DNA of 64,000 nt from an uncultured Solirubrobacteraceae bacterium (GCA_963716535.1 OY970317.1:2480123-2544122), one strand, 5' to 3'. Positions 10,901 to 20,672 are shown, numbered from the stretch's first letter. Made by a program: numbers and translations. The notes: generated by a model from the sequence alone, not told the origin.

Positions 10901-11006
10901 GCCCCGGCGGGCGGCCGATGCGGCTGGTGTCGGGCGCGAGCAGCGGGCGAGCGCCCTGCGCGCGCGGGCGCGGGGCGCCGGCGGCGTGCTTCGCGGGGGC
11001 GCTCAC
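7944..11006 (-). CDS. FAD-binding and Fe-S-binding D-2-hydroxyacid (D-lactate-type) dehydrogenase
   Basis: GGGTSLSGQ FAD motif, SLKAEHGTG, CVECGFCEPVCP and CAADSSCQSVCP [4Fe-4S] motifs, two CCG domains. Start GTG 11006 is approximate. Confidence 0.88.
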   Translation of the reverse strand: MSAPAKHAAGAPRPRAQGARPLLAPDTSRIGRPPGPSHADAAPDSLASGTPEPLRSELIALLGAERVLARAIDLVAYASDASPYRRLPAAVVMAHDAADVGKVLAYARRTGTPVNFRGGGTSLSGQGGTDGILIDVRRWFSGVKIEHGGARARIKAGTLLGLANRLLARHGYKLGPDPASKDIATLGGVIANNSGGMRCGVTWDPYSTVESMTLVLASGTVIDTAAPDADAKFVEAEPELAQGLLELRAELLADDELAQRVRRKYEIKNVTGYRLCALLDAEQPLEIFRRLVVGSEGTLAFIAEAVMRTRPEPKLTSLAWLYFEDIDAAAAAVPALVAAGARATELMVAPALIAAAWNLPGTPQEWRELPPTSAALIVELGGEDDAELDQGEAAVNEILAAHELIQPHRFTRDHAEIELAWMVREGLFGLVGRLRLPGTALIVEDVCVRPERIAECARDLQELLGKHQFLVGVAGHASAGNLHFQLTPDFTKPEDLERYEAFMGELVELIVEEYDGSLKAEHGTGVNMAPYVQREWGAKATAMMWRVKQLADPLNVLNPGAVLNRDPGIHLKNLKSQPAIEEVASQCVECGFCEPVCPSRHATTTPRQRIVIRREMARQAEGSPVYESLLRDFEYDALQTCAADSSCQSVCPVAIDTGKLVKELRARERSEREETVALAIAKRYGAVERAVRAGLAATGTLAVVVGQRPLARVPELLRRRVSSELVPTLPANVPRAAPPQMPVTQRDGAVAVYLPACLNRIFGNPRGAEPAGSPGTGPAGSLHAGSPVGGEPAPSLPQALVSVSARAGLPLWIPDDVAGHCCATPWSSKGYRRGHEHMAAKTAAALWRWSDGGKLPVVIDASSCALGLREEVAPHLDDAERERFEQIEILDSIAWAHDRLLARLHVRERVARIAVHPTCAAGQLGLASKLQALAGALADDVLVPAATSCCGMAGDRGLLHPELPASALRDTAAELAQREAGGERVDEHVCSNRTCEIALQQVTGAPYASFVLALERLTRP

Positions 11007-11031
11007 GAGCGCGCGCGGCTCGCCGTGTCGC

Positions 11032-12678
11032 TCACGCGAGCGCCATCCCGGGAGCGACGTCGACCTGCACGAGCTGCGGGCCGTCCTTGGCGAGCGCATC
11101 GACGAGGCTCGCGTGCAGCTCGTCGCGCCCGCTGACGGTGCTCGACGGCACGCCATAGCTGGCGGCGGTGGCGGCGACGTCGAGCTTCGGCAGGTCGAGG
11201 CCCGGCGCGCCCTCGACGCTCTCGAGCATCGCGAACCACTTCAGGATCGAGTAGTCGTTGTTGCGCAGCACCAGGAACTTGACGGGGATGTCGTAGGCGG
11301 CGGCGGTCCAGAAGGCGGTGATCGCGTACTGCGCGGAGCCCTCGCCGAGCACGCACACGACCTGGCGCTCGGGCTGCGCGAGCTGCACGCCAAGTGAGGC
11401 CGAAAGCCCGAAGCCGAGCCCGCCGCCGGCGCTGAAGTAGTAGGAGCCGGGGCGCGACAGGCGCAGGTTGTTGCGCAGCGCGGCGGTGCTCGACGGCGAC
11501 TCGAGCACGACGATGCCGTCGTCGGGAAACAGCTCCGCCAGCACCGTGTGCACCTCGCCGCCGCTGAGCTGGTCACCGGGCGGCGGCGTCTCCAGCTCGA
11601 AGCGCGCGGGCGGCTGCTCGCGGTCGGCGGGCTCACGCTCGGCGGGGTCGCTGTCGGGCCGTCCACCGCCGGCGCGCGCAGCCAGCTCGGCGACAAGCGC
11701 GCGCAGCGTCAGCGCGACGTCGGCGACGATCGCGTCGCCGATCGGCGCGCGCGCGGCCTCGTCGGGGTCGCTCGTGATCGCGACCAGCTCGGTGCCCTCT
11801 GGGAGGAAGTCGCCGGGGATGTTGGGGTAGTAGGGGAACACCGAGGAGCCAGCGACGAGCACCAGGTCATAGCCGGCTAGCGCCTGCGCCAGCGGCCCCA
11901 CGGCCGGCGGCAGCACGCCCTGGAAGGCCGGGTGATCCTCGGGGAAGCCGATGCGCCCGCCGCCGGTGGCGGGCGAGGCCCACACGGGCAGCCGCTGTGA
12001 CTCGGCCAGCTCGACCGCGGCGTCCCAGCCGCCGCTCGCGTCGATCTCGGGGCCGGCGACGAACACCGGGCGCGCGGCCGTGCGCAGGCGCTTGGCGAGC
12101 GCGGCCACCTGCGCGGGGTCGGCCTGCGCGCGGCCGCTGACGTCGCGGGCGATCTGCGCGGCGTAGTCGACGGGCGCGAGCTCCGCCGCCCAGTCGTCCA
12201 TCGGGATCGACACGAACGCGGGCCCGCGCGGCGACAGCGAGGCGTGGTGGATCGCCTGCGCGAGCGCGAACGGCACGTCGGCGGCGCGCGGCGGCTCGAC
12301 GCTGAACTTCACATAGGGCTTGGGCACCTCGACCGCGTCGCGGTTTGTCAAATTTGCCTGCAGCGTCATCAGCGAGCGCACCTGCTGGCCGGCGGTGACG
12401 AGCAGCGGCGCCTTGTTGGCGCGCGCGTTGAAGATCGCGCCGACGCCGTTGCCGACGCCGGGGGCGGTGTGCAGGTTGACGTGCGCGACGTTGCCGCTCG
12501 CCTGCGCGAAGCCGTCGGCCATGCCCACCGCGACCGCCTCCTGCAGGCCGAGCACGTAGCGAAAGTCCGACGGGTACTGCCCAAGCATCGGCAGCTCCGT
12601 CGAACCGGGGTTGCCGAAGATCGTCGTCATCCCGCGTGCGCGGAACAGTTCAAACGCGGCGTCGCGGACGGTGGTCAT
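11032..12678 (-). CDS. mdlC: Benzoylformate decarboxylase (ThDP-dependent)
   Basis: TTIFGNPGSTELP, LGLQEAVAVGMADG, GEGSAQY...N ThDP-binding motif. Confidence 0.88.
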   Translation of the reverse strand: MTTVRDAAFELFRARGMTTIFGNPGSTELPMLGQYPSDFRYVLGLQEAVAVGMADGFAQASGNVAHVNLHTAPGVGNGVGAIFNARANKAPLLVTAGQQVRSLMTLQANLTNRDAVEVPKPYVKFSVEPPRAADVPFALAQAIHHASLSPRGPAFVSIPMDDWAAELAPVDYAAQIARDVSGRAQADPAQVAALAKRLRTAARPVFVAGPEIDASGGWDAAVELAESQRLPVWASPATGGGRIGFPEDHPAFQGVLPPAVGPLAQALAGYDLVLVAGSSVFPYYPNIPGDFLPEGTELVAITSDPDEAARAPIGDAIVADVALTLRALVAELAARAGGGRPDSDPAEREPADREQPPARFELETPPPGDQLSGGEVHTVLAELFPDDGIVVLESPSSTAALRNNLRLSRPGSYYFSAGGGLGFGLSASLGVQLAQPERQVVCVLGEGSAQYAITAFWTAAAYDIPVKFLVLRNNDYSILKWFAMLESVEGAPGLDLPKLDVAATAASYGVPSSTVSGRDELHASLVDALAKDGPQLVQVDVAPGMALA

Positions 12679-12761
12679 CGTGCCCCTCTCTCGATCCTCA
12701 TCGGTGGGCGCGCAGTCTACCCTTGGGGGACCGTGCGAGCGAGGCAACGAAAGGTGAACTG

Positions 12762-13205
12762 ATGGCGAGCAAGATCGACAGGCCCGTGAAGCGACGCTGG
12801 GAGATCCTGATCGGGCGCTACACCGCCAATCCGATGATGCGCGCGATGTTCAAGCTCGGGATCACGCCGCCGGGGATGGCGTTGGTGGAGACCGTCGGCA
12901 GGCGCTCGGGCGCGCTGCGCCACACGCCGATCACCTGCTCACCCGAGGGCGACACGCTGTGGCTGATCGCCCAGCACGGCCGCCACGCGGGCTGGGTGCG
13001 CAACTTCGAGGCCGAACCCCACGTGCGCGTGCGGCTCGGTCGCAGCTGGCGCAGCGGCACCGCGGAGCTGCTGCCCGACGACGACGTCAAGGCACGGGTC
13101 GCGACGTTCTCGAGCAGTCGTATCGGCGGGGCGATCACGGGCGCGATGTTCCGCGCGCTGGAAAGCCAGCCCGTGACGGTCAGGATTCAGCTCGAGCATC
13201 AGTAG
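12762..13205 (+). CDS. Deazaflavin (F420)-dependent nitroreductase family protein (DUF385-like)
   Basis: LVETVGRRSGALRHTP, WVRNFEAEPHVRV; AAAGG RBS-like sequence upstream. Confidence 0.85.
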   Translation: MASKIDRPVKRRWEILIGRYTANPMMRAMFKLGITPPGMALVETVGRRSGALRHTPITCSPEGDTLWLIAQHGRHAGWVRNFEAEPHVRVRLGRSWRSGTAELLPDDDVKARVATFSSSRIGGAITGAMFRALESQPVTVRIQLEHQ

Positions 13206-13592
13206 ACAACGCCTAAGGCTTGGGGCGCCAACCGTCGATCATTGAGGTAGGTCGACGAGACCGGGGAGCCATTCCCCATCTATCGCGGTGCTGAACACCG
13301 CAGTCAGGAGACGCCCATGAACCACGGCGTCCCAAGCAAGCAAGCGTCGCCCCGCGGCGACCACCTCGCAGTAGGCCGACGTCCTGTGGCTCGACCCGAG
13401 CCCCGATCAAGCGTCGGCAGGCGCTCCGCGCATGCGCGGAAGGACCCTGCGCCGCCAGCGCTCAAGGCGCCGGGCGTGGCGGTGGCGTGTCCGAATAGCT
13501 CAAAGACAAGCGCGGTGGGACATCCCGCGAGCCGCGCAGTATGCGGAGCTAGGAAGCCTCGCCGGCACCCGGCCCCTCCCGGACCTCTGACG

Positions 13593-14577
13593 ATGGCGTT
13601 CGAAGCCGTCGACACGTTCCCGGCCCTGGCCGAGGCGCGCACACGCCTGCTATCGGTGATCGCCAAGGAGCACCATGCCACCGCGGATGTCGTCTCGGCC
13701 ATCGAGTCCGACGTGGCCCTGACGATGGCGGGTGCTACGCCTCGCCAACCAGGAACAGCCGGCGCGCGGCCGTGTCGACACCGTCGCTCGCGCGGTCGAG
13801 CTGCTTCGTCCCCAGGCAATCCAGACCATTGCCAACCGTGTGCCGGCGTTCGACTTCTTCGGGCGAGCCGACATCTGGGGAGGCGTACCGGAGCGTTTCA
13901 GACTGCACGCGCTAGCCACCCAGCGTGCCGCTGACAGGATCGCCTGCGCCACTGACTACGCAAACCGGAACCACCTCGCCGTAACGAGCCTCATGCACGA
14001 CGTCGGCAAGCTCGTGTTGATCAACGCCTATCCGGGCTACCGGTCACTGATCGATCACGGTGAACCGACACCCGAGCAACGCGCCGGTCGGGAGCTCACG
14101 GAGCTCGGCATCGACCACGCGCTTGCGGGGGGCGTGCTGATCACGCGCTGGGGGCTGCCGGCGTCGCTCGCCACGACCGTCGAACGCCACCACAGCCCCG
14201 AGGCCGAAGGCGAGGCACAGATCGTCCGCCTGGCCGACATGCTCGCCAACTACGAGCTGGGCGCACGCGTCTCGCCAAGCGCGCTGCTCCAGAGCGCCCG
14301 CGCCATCGGCATCGGCCCCAAGCAGCTGCGGCGGCTGATGCACGAACCGGCAGGCCAGGCCCAGCGACGGCGCGCCGTCGCGCCCAGCCCACTAACGCGC
14401 CAGGAGCACGCGGTGCTGCAACGGCTGGCCAAAGGGAGCGTCTACAACCAGATCGCCCACGACCTAGCACTTACTGCGAGCACCATTCGCTCCCACCTTC
14501 ACCACATCTACCGCAAGCTCGACGTGCCCGACCGTGCGCAGGCGGTGCTCGTAGCCAGCGAGCGCGGCTGGCTCTAG
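13593..14577 (+). pseudogene. HDOD-domain + LuxR-HTH regulator with one frameshift (may be a sequencing error)
   Basis: Frame 1 AFEAVDTFPALAEAR...SDVALTMA continues as VLRLANQ...HDVGKL...DHALAGG...WGLP...HH plus LuxR LTRQEHAVLQRLAKG...IA..L.LT.STIRSHLHHIYRKLDV if one G is removed from GGG at 13730-13732. True start may be upstream. Confidence 0.85.
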
Positions 14578-14902
14578 CTCACGGCCTGCCTGCCAGCAGC
14601 GACGGCTCGTCGGCGAATGTGTCGGCCAGCCCGTTGCTGTCGGACAGGAAGCTTTCGACGACATCGGGCGCAAGCACTTGGTAGGACAGCTCTCAAACCC
14701 ATCGCCGAGGCTTCAATCCATTCTGGACTTGCCCGACGATTGGTCGAGCTAGCCCGTGCAGTGGGAACGCGCGGCCTGTGGATAGGCGGTGAGGGGCGGC
14801 GCTTCTCACCTTCCCGATGACCGGTCGCTTATAGCCGGTTCGGACTCAGCGGTGTTTTGGATTAGGCGCCGGTCGCAGGGCAAGCGCTACCGTGTAGTCG
14901 AG

Positions 14903-15133
14903 ATGGGACCCTCAATCGACTTCACGATCGCCTTCGATGAGCCCGACGAGGAGGGATGGATCGTTGCTCGCGTGCTTGAGGTTCCGGGAGCCCTCAGTCA
15001 GGGTCGGACACGAGCGGAGGCACGCGGAAACGTACTCGATGCCCTTCAGACTGTGCTCACGCCAGATGACGAGTTCTCCGGACGACTCTCAAGCGATGAT
15101 CTTGAGCATCTGCGGTTCGTCGCGGCGGCGTGA
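14903..15133 (+). CDS. hicB: HicB family antitoxin
   Basis: EEGWIVARVLEVPGALSQGRTRAEARGNVLDAL. Confidence 0.85.
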   Translation: MGPSIDFTIAFDEPDEEGWIVARVLEVPGALSQGRTRAEARGNVLDALQTVLTPDDEFSGRLSSDDLEHLRFVAAA

Positions 15134-15321
15134 AGCGTCGCGACCTAGAACGCCATCTACGTGAGCATGATTGCCGCGAAGTGGGCGGTGCCAAGCATGC
15201 CAAGTGGCGCGGGCCGACCGGAAAGGTCTCGGCCCTTCCGCGCCACAAGGAGATTGGGCCGGGTCTGACGCGAGCCATATGTCAGCAGCTCGGCGTTCCG
15301 GCACCGCCGAATGCACGCTGA
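15130..15321 (+). CDS. hicA: HicA family toxin (mRNA interferase)
   Basis: MKRRDLERHL...GAKHAKW...LPRHKEI..GL.RAICQQLG; GTGA overlap with hicB. Confidence 0.9.
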   Translation: MKRRDLERHLREHDCREVGGAKHAKWRGPTGKVSALPRHKEIGPGLTRAICQQLGVPAPPNAR

Positions 15322-15426
15322 GGCAGTCCTCCTGGATCATCTCATGGAGCCGGCGGGGAGGCACGACGAACGGCGTGCTCTGGAGGCGATTCGACGCTAC
15401 TTGCCGAACACTTCGGTTCGGGTTGC

Positions 15427-16074
15427 CTAGTCGATGAGGGAGTCGTTTAGGAGCTCCAATTGGGTTGCAATGCCGTTCAGGCCTAGGACGCATTCGTTCA
15501 GCTGCAGTAGATCGCCACGGGAAATCAATCGCGTGACTTTGTCAAAGACGGCCATGTTTGCGTCAAGGACACTCGCAAGGGCTCTGCGATAGGCGCCGAT
15601 GTTTCGCTCCGTGGCTGGCCCCTTGAGCAGGTCCATGGTCTGTCGTCGTAGCCCGTCGAACGCAAAGACCGTTTCGCCGAGCAGTTCCTCGAAGGTGCGG
15701 TATTCGGTTGCGTACGGCGCGGGGGCGGTAAGCGTCAGCAGGTCACGCGCAGCGAGCACAAGCGGTTCATACGCTCGTGCGCTGAAGTCGTTCTGACTAC
15801 GAAGGATCGCGTCGGGTGACTTCATCTCGACATTGCGCGGCAGTTCGGCTCGACCGCCCGGCCCGGGCACGGCCATGCCTGGTGCCGCTGGCAGCCGCGA
15901 GCACGCACGCGACGTCGCATGAAAAAAGCGTGCCTGGGGGGATGGGGACGACGCGAGGATCTGGGGGACGGTCTGGCCGACCAGCGTCGCCCACAGCGTC
16001 GCAAACACCGAGAGCACGGCTCCAGTAGCCGACCAAAAGCGCCTGGAGCCGACTCCGTGCAACCTAGAATGCAT
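15427..16074 (-). CDS. Hypothetical secreted/membrane-anchored protein
   Basis: Long ORF with N-terminal hydrophobic segment followed by a helical region; no recognised motif. Confidence 0.55.
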   Translation of the reverse strand: MHSRLHGVGSRRFWSATGAVLSVFATLWATLVGQTVPQILASSPSPQARFFHATSRACSRLPAAPGMAVPGPGGRAELPRNVEMKSPDAILRSQNDFSARAYEPLVLAARDLLTLTAPAPYATEYRTFEELLGETVFAFDGLRRQTMDLLKGPATERNIGAYRRALASVLDANMAVFDKVTRLISRGDLLQLNECVLGLNGIATQLELLNDSLID

Positions 16075-16289
16075 TCGGATGCGCAAAGGCTTGCAGGTCG
16101 AGCGATGCCGGTCCTATGCTGCGCGGGTCGACTCGGGAGCTGGACACTAACTAACTGCCGCCTCTACGTTGGCCGGTCGAATCGGTTACCCAACAGGCTG
16201 CGTCAACAACTAGCTTGGGCACTGAAACACAAAGGGAACACAGCCCATCCCGTTCCCACCCCGCACCCTGCAACCCCGGGCCAAGCGAA

Positions 16290-16628
16290 ATGCACATCCT
16301 AGAACGCTACTCAAGCGTGCCTGCTCCCCTGCAAGCGGTGTTCGAGGCGCTGCCAGATGAGCCAATCAAGCCGACCGAGCCTCTTGGGCCGGAGCCTGTG
16401 CCCACTGGCCGGCTCGCCAATGGGGAGGTCAAGCGCAGCATCGTCAAGCTGCTGGCTGCGGCTGACGGGCCGATGCGGGCCGTAGACATCTACTTGGCGG
16501 TCAAGCAGCTACTAGGCCGGAGCGTGCCAAAGGACTCGGTGTACGCGTGCCTGTCCAAAGGCGCTCGCGGGAAAGCGGCGCGGTTTGAGCGGGTGGGAGA
16601 GGGCTGCTATCGACTCATCCAGCCATAG
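16290..16628 (+). CDS. 112-aa HTH-like ORF, probably the displaced C-terminus of the integrase
   Basis: MHILERYSSVPAPL...RSIVKLLAAADGPMRAVDIYLAVKQLLG...SVYACLS...RFERVGEGCYRL (HARE-HTH/wHTH-like pattern). Its ATG is formed at the element's left junction. Confidence 0.7.
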   Translation: MHILERYSSVPAPLQAVFEALPDEPIKPTEPLGPEPVPTGRLANGEVKRSIVKLLAAADGPMRAVDIYLAVKQLLGRSVPKDSVYACLSKGARGKAARFERVGEGCYRLIQP

Positions 16629-16696
16629 GTGCGGCCATGTCGCACAGGCGGCATCGCGTGCAACCTGCCGTGTGCCAGTAAGCGAACGTCCAGGCG

Positions 16697-19332
16697 CTAG
16701 CTCTCGTCTGGGTCTGCCGCAAAGCGGAAGCCGTATCGCTCGCCTCGCTTCTTATACGCCTGCGCGCCTCCCTCAAGCAGCGCACAAACCTCGTCCCGTG
16801 TCTCGGGTCGGTCAACCGCTCCGACCGCGTACGGTGTCCCGTGCCCATCTGTACCGTCCATCGGGATGACCAGCTCCGAATCTCCAAGAACCACGAGGTT
16901 CGCGCTATGGGTCGCAATAAGCACCTGCCGCCGCTCCTTTGCTGCCTCCAGGTGCCTCACCACGGCTGTCGCGATGTACTGACCATCGAGATGATCCTCG
17001 GGCTGATCGAGCACGAGCGGGTCGCTGCGCTCAGCGCACAGCAGGAGGCTGAGCAGCACTGAGCGTTGCTGTCCGGCTGATAGTTTGTCAAAGGGTCGGC
17101 GGTCGGGATGTCCGTCCCTCTGCACCTCAATGCGCGGGCGATCGTCTCGGCACATTACCTCTAGCTCAAACACCTTCGGCCATGTGGCCGCCTTATTGAT
17201 CGCTTCCTCAGTTAGAAAGGCTGAGCCGTCCTGGTCCTTGAGCGCAAGCAATGCTTTCCGATCCGTCAAGAGCTTTACGGCGAAGTCATGCGGCCCGATC
17301 TTGCTGGCGAGGCGAGAGACGCGCGGCTGACGAAGCGTAAAATGCGACGTTAGCCAACTCACCCATTCGCCATCGATTCCACAGCGATCGTAGAACACCC
17401 GTATCGCAAGGCCATCAGAGTAGTTCGTAGCGTCTTCTGCGATGCGTTTTAGCCCCGCTACGCGGCACTGGTACAGGTTCTCACGATTAGTATGTAGTTC
17501 GCTCAGCAGTTCTAGCCGCGCCGCTCGGGCGGCTTTATGCTTGTCCTGCTTCTTGCGCAAAGCGGTTAGCTGCTTCTTTGCTTCGTTGAGGCGATTCGCC
17601 ATCGTGACAAGTGCGCCAGCTTGGACTTTGAGTCCTTGCTGTTCGAGTTCGGCTTTCTTCGCGTTGAGGCGCTTCTCTAGTTCGGCTTGGTTGTCCTTCC
17701 AACGCGCAAGACCAGCCTCTACTTCTTTCGCGGCCTTCTCAATATCAGTAGCCGCCTGCTTTGAGATTGACGCACGCTTGGTGTCAAAGGCTGCCAGCCT
17801 TTCACGAATGCCACCCTCACCCCCAACGAACTCGTTCGCCGGTTTAGCTGCAAGGTCTACGCCAAACTCGTCGGCAAGCGCATCGAGATCAACTAGGGGT
17901 GTCGTGATGGGCTCCGGTAGCGCCGCTTCGAGTCGTGAATCGAGGTCTTCAAGGAGAGGCTTCTGCGACGCGAGCAAGACTCGGTAGCCGCTTTGATTGA
18001 TGCTTGCAAGCGGGCCTGCTCGTCCTCAAGTTTCTTGATTTGATCGCCTACTACGGCGGTGTTCTGAACTTCTGTGCTGTTCTCTGCAAGTCGCGCAGTT
18101 AGCTCCGTCTCTCGCTCGTCAAAGCTATGCAGGACCAGAAAGCCGTCGAGGAAGTCGAGCAGAACAGAGGGGTTCTCGTTGTATTCCCGCGCCAGGCGCC
18201 CCGACTCATCCTGCCCGAGGTCAGCGAGCCGCAGGCGTATCGGAGAGCCATCCGCGTCTCGCGGCTCTTTATCCCTGTGGCGAACCGCTACTCGTTCGCT
18301 TCCTGCCTTGTCGATGAAAGTGACCGTCGTGATCTCGGGCATCCGATCGGGATCGTTCGGGTCTTCGTCAGAAAATGAGTCAGCGCCAAGGGCTGCACGT
18401 ATGCTTAGAAGCGCCGTTGACTTCCCGGAACCCCGACCGCCGATCAGACAGTTGAGGTTGCCCGTGAAGTCCATCGACACACCATCGAGGAATCCGCCGA
18501 CGAAACTTGCGCTCACGATCCGGGGGTAGGTGGCAGGGAGGATCGCCTCAGCCTTGCAGCGTGCCTTGGGATTGAACTGGATGGCATTCCGAAGTGCCGC
18601 AAAATTGGGGTCGTCTAGCTTCACACGGGTAAGTGTCCGTGAAGCGCGGTCTTGGCCGATCATCTTGACGCTGTGCGCATCGGAAGACATCAGTCGAGCC
18701 AGTCCACGGTCTTTCAGCAGGGGACTTCCCTGACGCGCCTTCCAAGCAGCAAGTCGCGCGGGGTCATCGTCGGCGTCAGTAAACCACGTCTCCAGCGCGT
18801 CGCTCTTTAGAAACTCAAGGCCCGCTAGAGCTGGACTAGAAAGCAATTCAACAAGCTCATTGTGGTGCAATGTCTCGCAGATGCCATGCGACGCGTCAAC
18901 ATGCGCAGGGATTGCAAGCCCGCCGCGTGCACCGATTTCGCCGACTAGATCAAGGATAGAGCGGTCCGATCGCTTATCGGTGTCAGACAGCTTCTTGAGT
19001 TTTAGATTCTCCGACGCTGCAAACGCCTCTAGATCATCAATTTGCTCGGGCGAAAAGAGAGCGAGTAGGTGACCATCGTGGGTGGATATCTCGATTCCTG
19101 GGATGATGACGAGATTCTTGCCTTCGGCAGTAAGCATTGCTTCACGTACAAACTGGACGGAGTTATGGTCCGTAATTGCCATGATGCTGATGCCACTGTC
19201 GATCGCGGCTTTGACATAGCTGTCCAAATCCGGCTTCGGATCAGCATCTCCGTCGGCGTGAGTATGGACGTGGAGATCGGCCCTTATAAAGGTCGCGCCG
19301 GGCGAGCTGGTATCAGTATGTGCTACGGCCAT
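16697..19332 (-). pseudogene. PHP phosphoesterase + SMC/ABC-type ATPase (TrlF/Ppl-like), split by a 1-nt frameshift
   Basis: PHP motifs RADLHVHT, AITDHN, PGIEI, GHLL, IPAHVD, SSDAHS; Walker A GGRGSGKST; coiled coil; LSAGQQ, LVLDQPEDHLD, ATHSAN. One added base in the AA at 17976-17977 joins the two ORFs (~878 aa). Confidence 0.85.
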
Positions 19333-19495
19333 GATGTTCTCTCATATAGGCATTTTGCGCCCAGCAGCTTAGTGCCGTCAAGAATGCGCGGGGATGACTG
19401 CCTATAAACGAAGCCAGCGGTAGTTATCAATCTTGGCTGCCGCTACGCGTGGCGCACGTCGCATAAGTGCCATTGGGCGGCGCCGCAATGCACTT

Positions 19496-19726
19496 TCACG
19501 AGAGCTGCCAGTACACCAGCCCAGCCACGACGACCGCTGCCCACGCGAACTTCGAGTCTTCCTCGATGTCGCCGCCGGTCGCTATCGCGTAGAACGGCTG
19601 CACCAGCAAGTAGAGGAACCTGCCGACCATCCCGAGCCCAAGACCTACGATGGCAGCCCCAATCGCTAGAGCCACGATCGGACCCAAAATGTCCAGTGGC
19701 TTGATCTCTGCTACCAGACGGATCAT
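19496..19726 (-). CDS. Small hypothetical membrane protein
   Basis: 76 aa with two hydrophobic segments. Confidence 0.5.
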   Translation of the reverse strand: MIRLVAEIKPLDILGPIVALAIGAAIVGLGLGMVGRFLYLLVQPFYAIATGGDIEEDSKFAWAAVVVAGLVYWQLS

Positions 19727-19772
19727 GCGCGTGAAGGCCAGTCTACGCGAGCTGCGTATCGCTGCTGCGCGG

Positions 19773-19997
19773 CTAGCGTTCTATCTCGCGGGCGAGCTGG
19801 CGCAGCGTCGAGCCGTAGGCTTTGGTGAGGGCGACGATCGTCTTGTAGCTCAGGCCACGCTCGCCGAGCTCGGCCGCTGAGATGTGCTTGTGGCCTACGC
19901 CGACGGCTTTGCCGGCCTGCTCTTGGGTCAGGCCGGCTTTTCGGCGCAGCACCCGCAGGGCGCTGCCGAGGGCTAGGTAGTCCTGATCTACGGTCAT
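19773..19997 (-). CDS. XRE family HTH regulator
   Basis: LRVLRRKAGLTQEQAG..VGV..KHIS..ELGER. Confidence 0.9.
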   Translation of the reverse strand: MTVDQDYLALGSALRVLRRKAGLTQEQAGKAVGVGHKHISAAELGERGLSYKTIVALTKAYGSTLRQLAREIER

Positions 19998-20033
19998 CGG
20001 GCCGGCTGCGGAGCTTACCGGCGCTCGGATGCC

Positions 20034-20270
20034 CTAGCTCTGGCCGCGTTCCATGACTTCGGCAAGGTCGCGCAGGGTGGCGCGGTAGGCGCGTAGCAGG
20101 GCCACGATGCTCGGCCAACTGATGCCGCGATTGCCGGTCTCGACGGCCGACAGATGCTTGCTGCTGACTTCGATGCTGGCTCCAGCCTGGGCCTGCGTGA
20201 CGCCGGCTTTACGGCGCAGAGCGGCAAGGGCGCGGCCCAGCTCGGCGTAGTCATCGGCGGGATCGGTCAC
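20034..20270 (-). CDS. XRE family HTH regulator (paralogue of 19773-19997)
   Basis: LAALRRKAGVTQAQAG..IEVSSKHLSAVETGNR; clearly similar to its neighbour. Confidence 0.9.
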   Translation of the reverse strand: MTDPADDYAELGRALAALRRKAGVTQAQAGASIEVSSKHLSAVETGNRGISWPSIVALLRAYRATLRDLAEVMERGQS

Positions 20271-20329
20271 GGTCTTTCGGACTCCATCTGAGAAGTGGAA
20301 AACAAAACTCCGCCTGAGAGGTGGAATAT

Positions 20330-20343
20330 GGTAGTCTGCTACC
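20330..20343. promoter_or_regulatory. Palindrome GGTAG-N4-CTACC in the divergent XRE / wHTH promoter region
   Basis: Inverted repeat between divergently transcribed regulators. Confidence 0.4.
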
Positions 20344-20420
20344 GCATCAATACACGGGTCGGGCTGACGTGGATTAGACGCCAGTCCGACCCTACATCGA
20401 CAGAGAGGTTACCTCTGCCC

Positions 20421-20672
20421 ATGCCCGCCAACACTACCGGCGAGTCGGACGATGCTGCCGAACGTGCCGTGGTTCTGCGTCTGCTGGAGGATCACGACCG
20501 TCCCGTCAGTCGAGACGAGTTGTGCGCCGAACGCGGCGATATCGGAGCTGAGCGGTTTGCGGCGGCGATCAGCGCGCTCGATGCGGCCGAGGTGCTTCGA
20601 GTGGAGGGCGAGACGATTCGCTCGGCACCAGCGCTCATGCGCCTGGACAAGTTGCGATTTATCGGCATCTGA
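20421..20672 (+). CDS. Small winged-helix-like protein
   Basis: ERAVVLRLLEDHDRPVSRDEL...AISALDAAEVLRVEG; wHTH-like pattern. Confidence 0.6.
   Translation: MPANTTGESDDAAERAVVLRLLEDHDRPVSRDELCAERGDIGAERFAAAISALDAAEVLRVEGETIRSAPALMRLDKLRFIGI

Noticed and set aside
11003-11035. GTG overlapping the mdlC stop as the start of the dehydrogenase
   Set aside because: It is out of frame and stops after 10 codons. An indel in the CGCG run is possible but not needed, since an in-frame GTG exists at 11006.
14578-14902. Short minus-strand frame ELSYQVLAPDVVESFLSD...
   Set aside because: No start codon context and too short to identify; at most a remnant.
13206-16289. Long tRNA-Lys 3' direct repeat as the element's left end
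   Set aside because: No copy of GCCCCGTGCGGGACTCGAACC was found by eye. Only the 3-bp core matches, which fits a serine rather than a tyrosine integrase.
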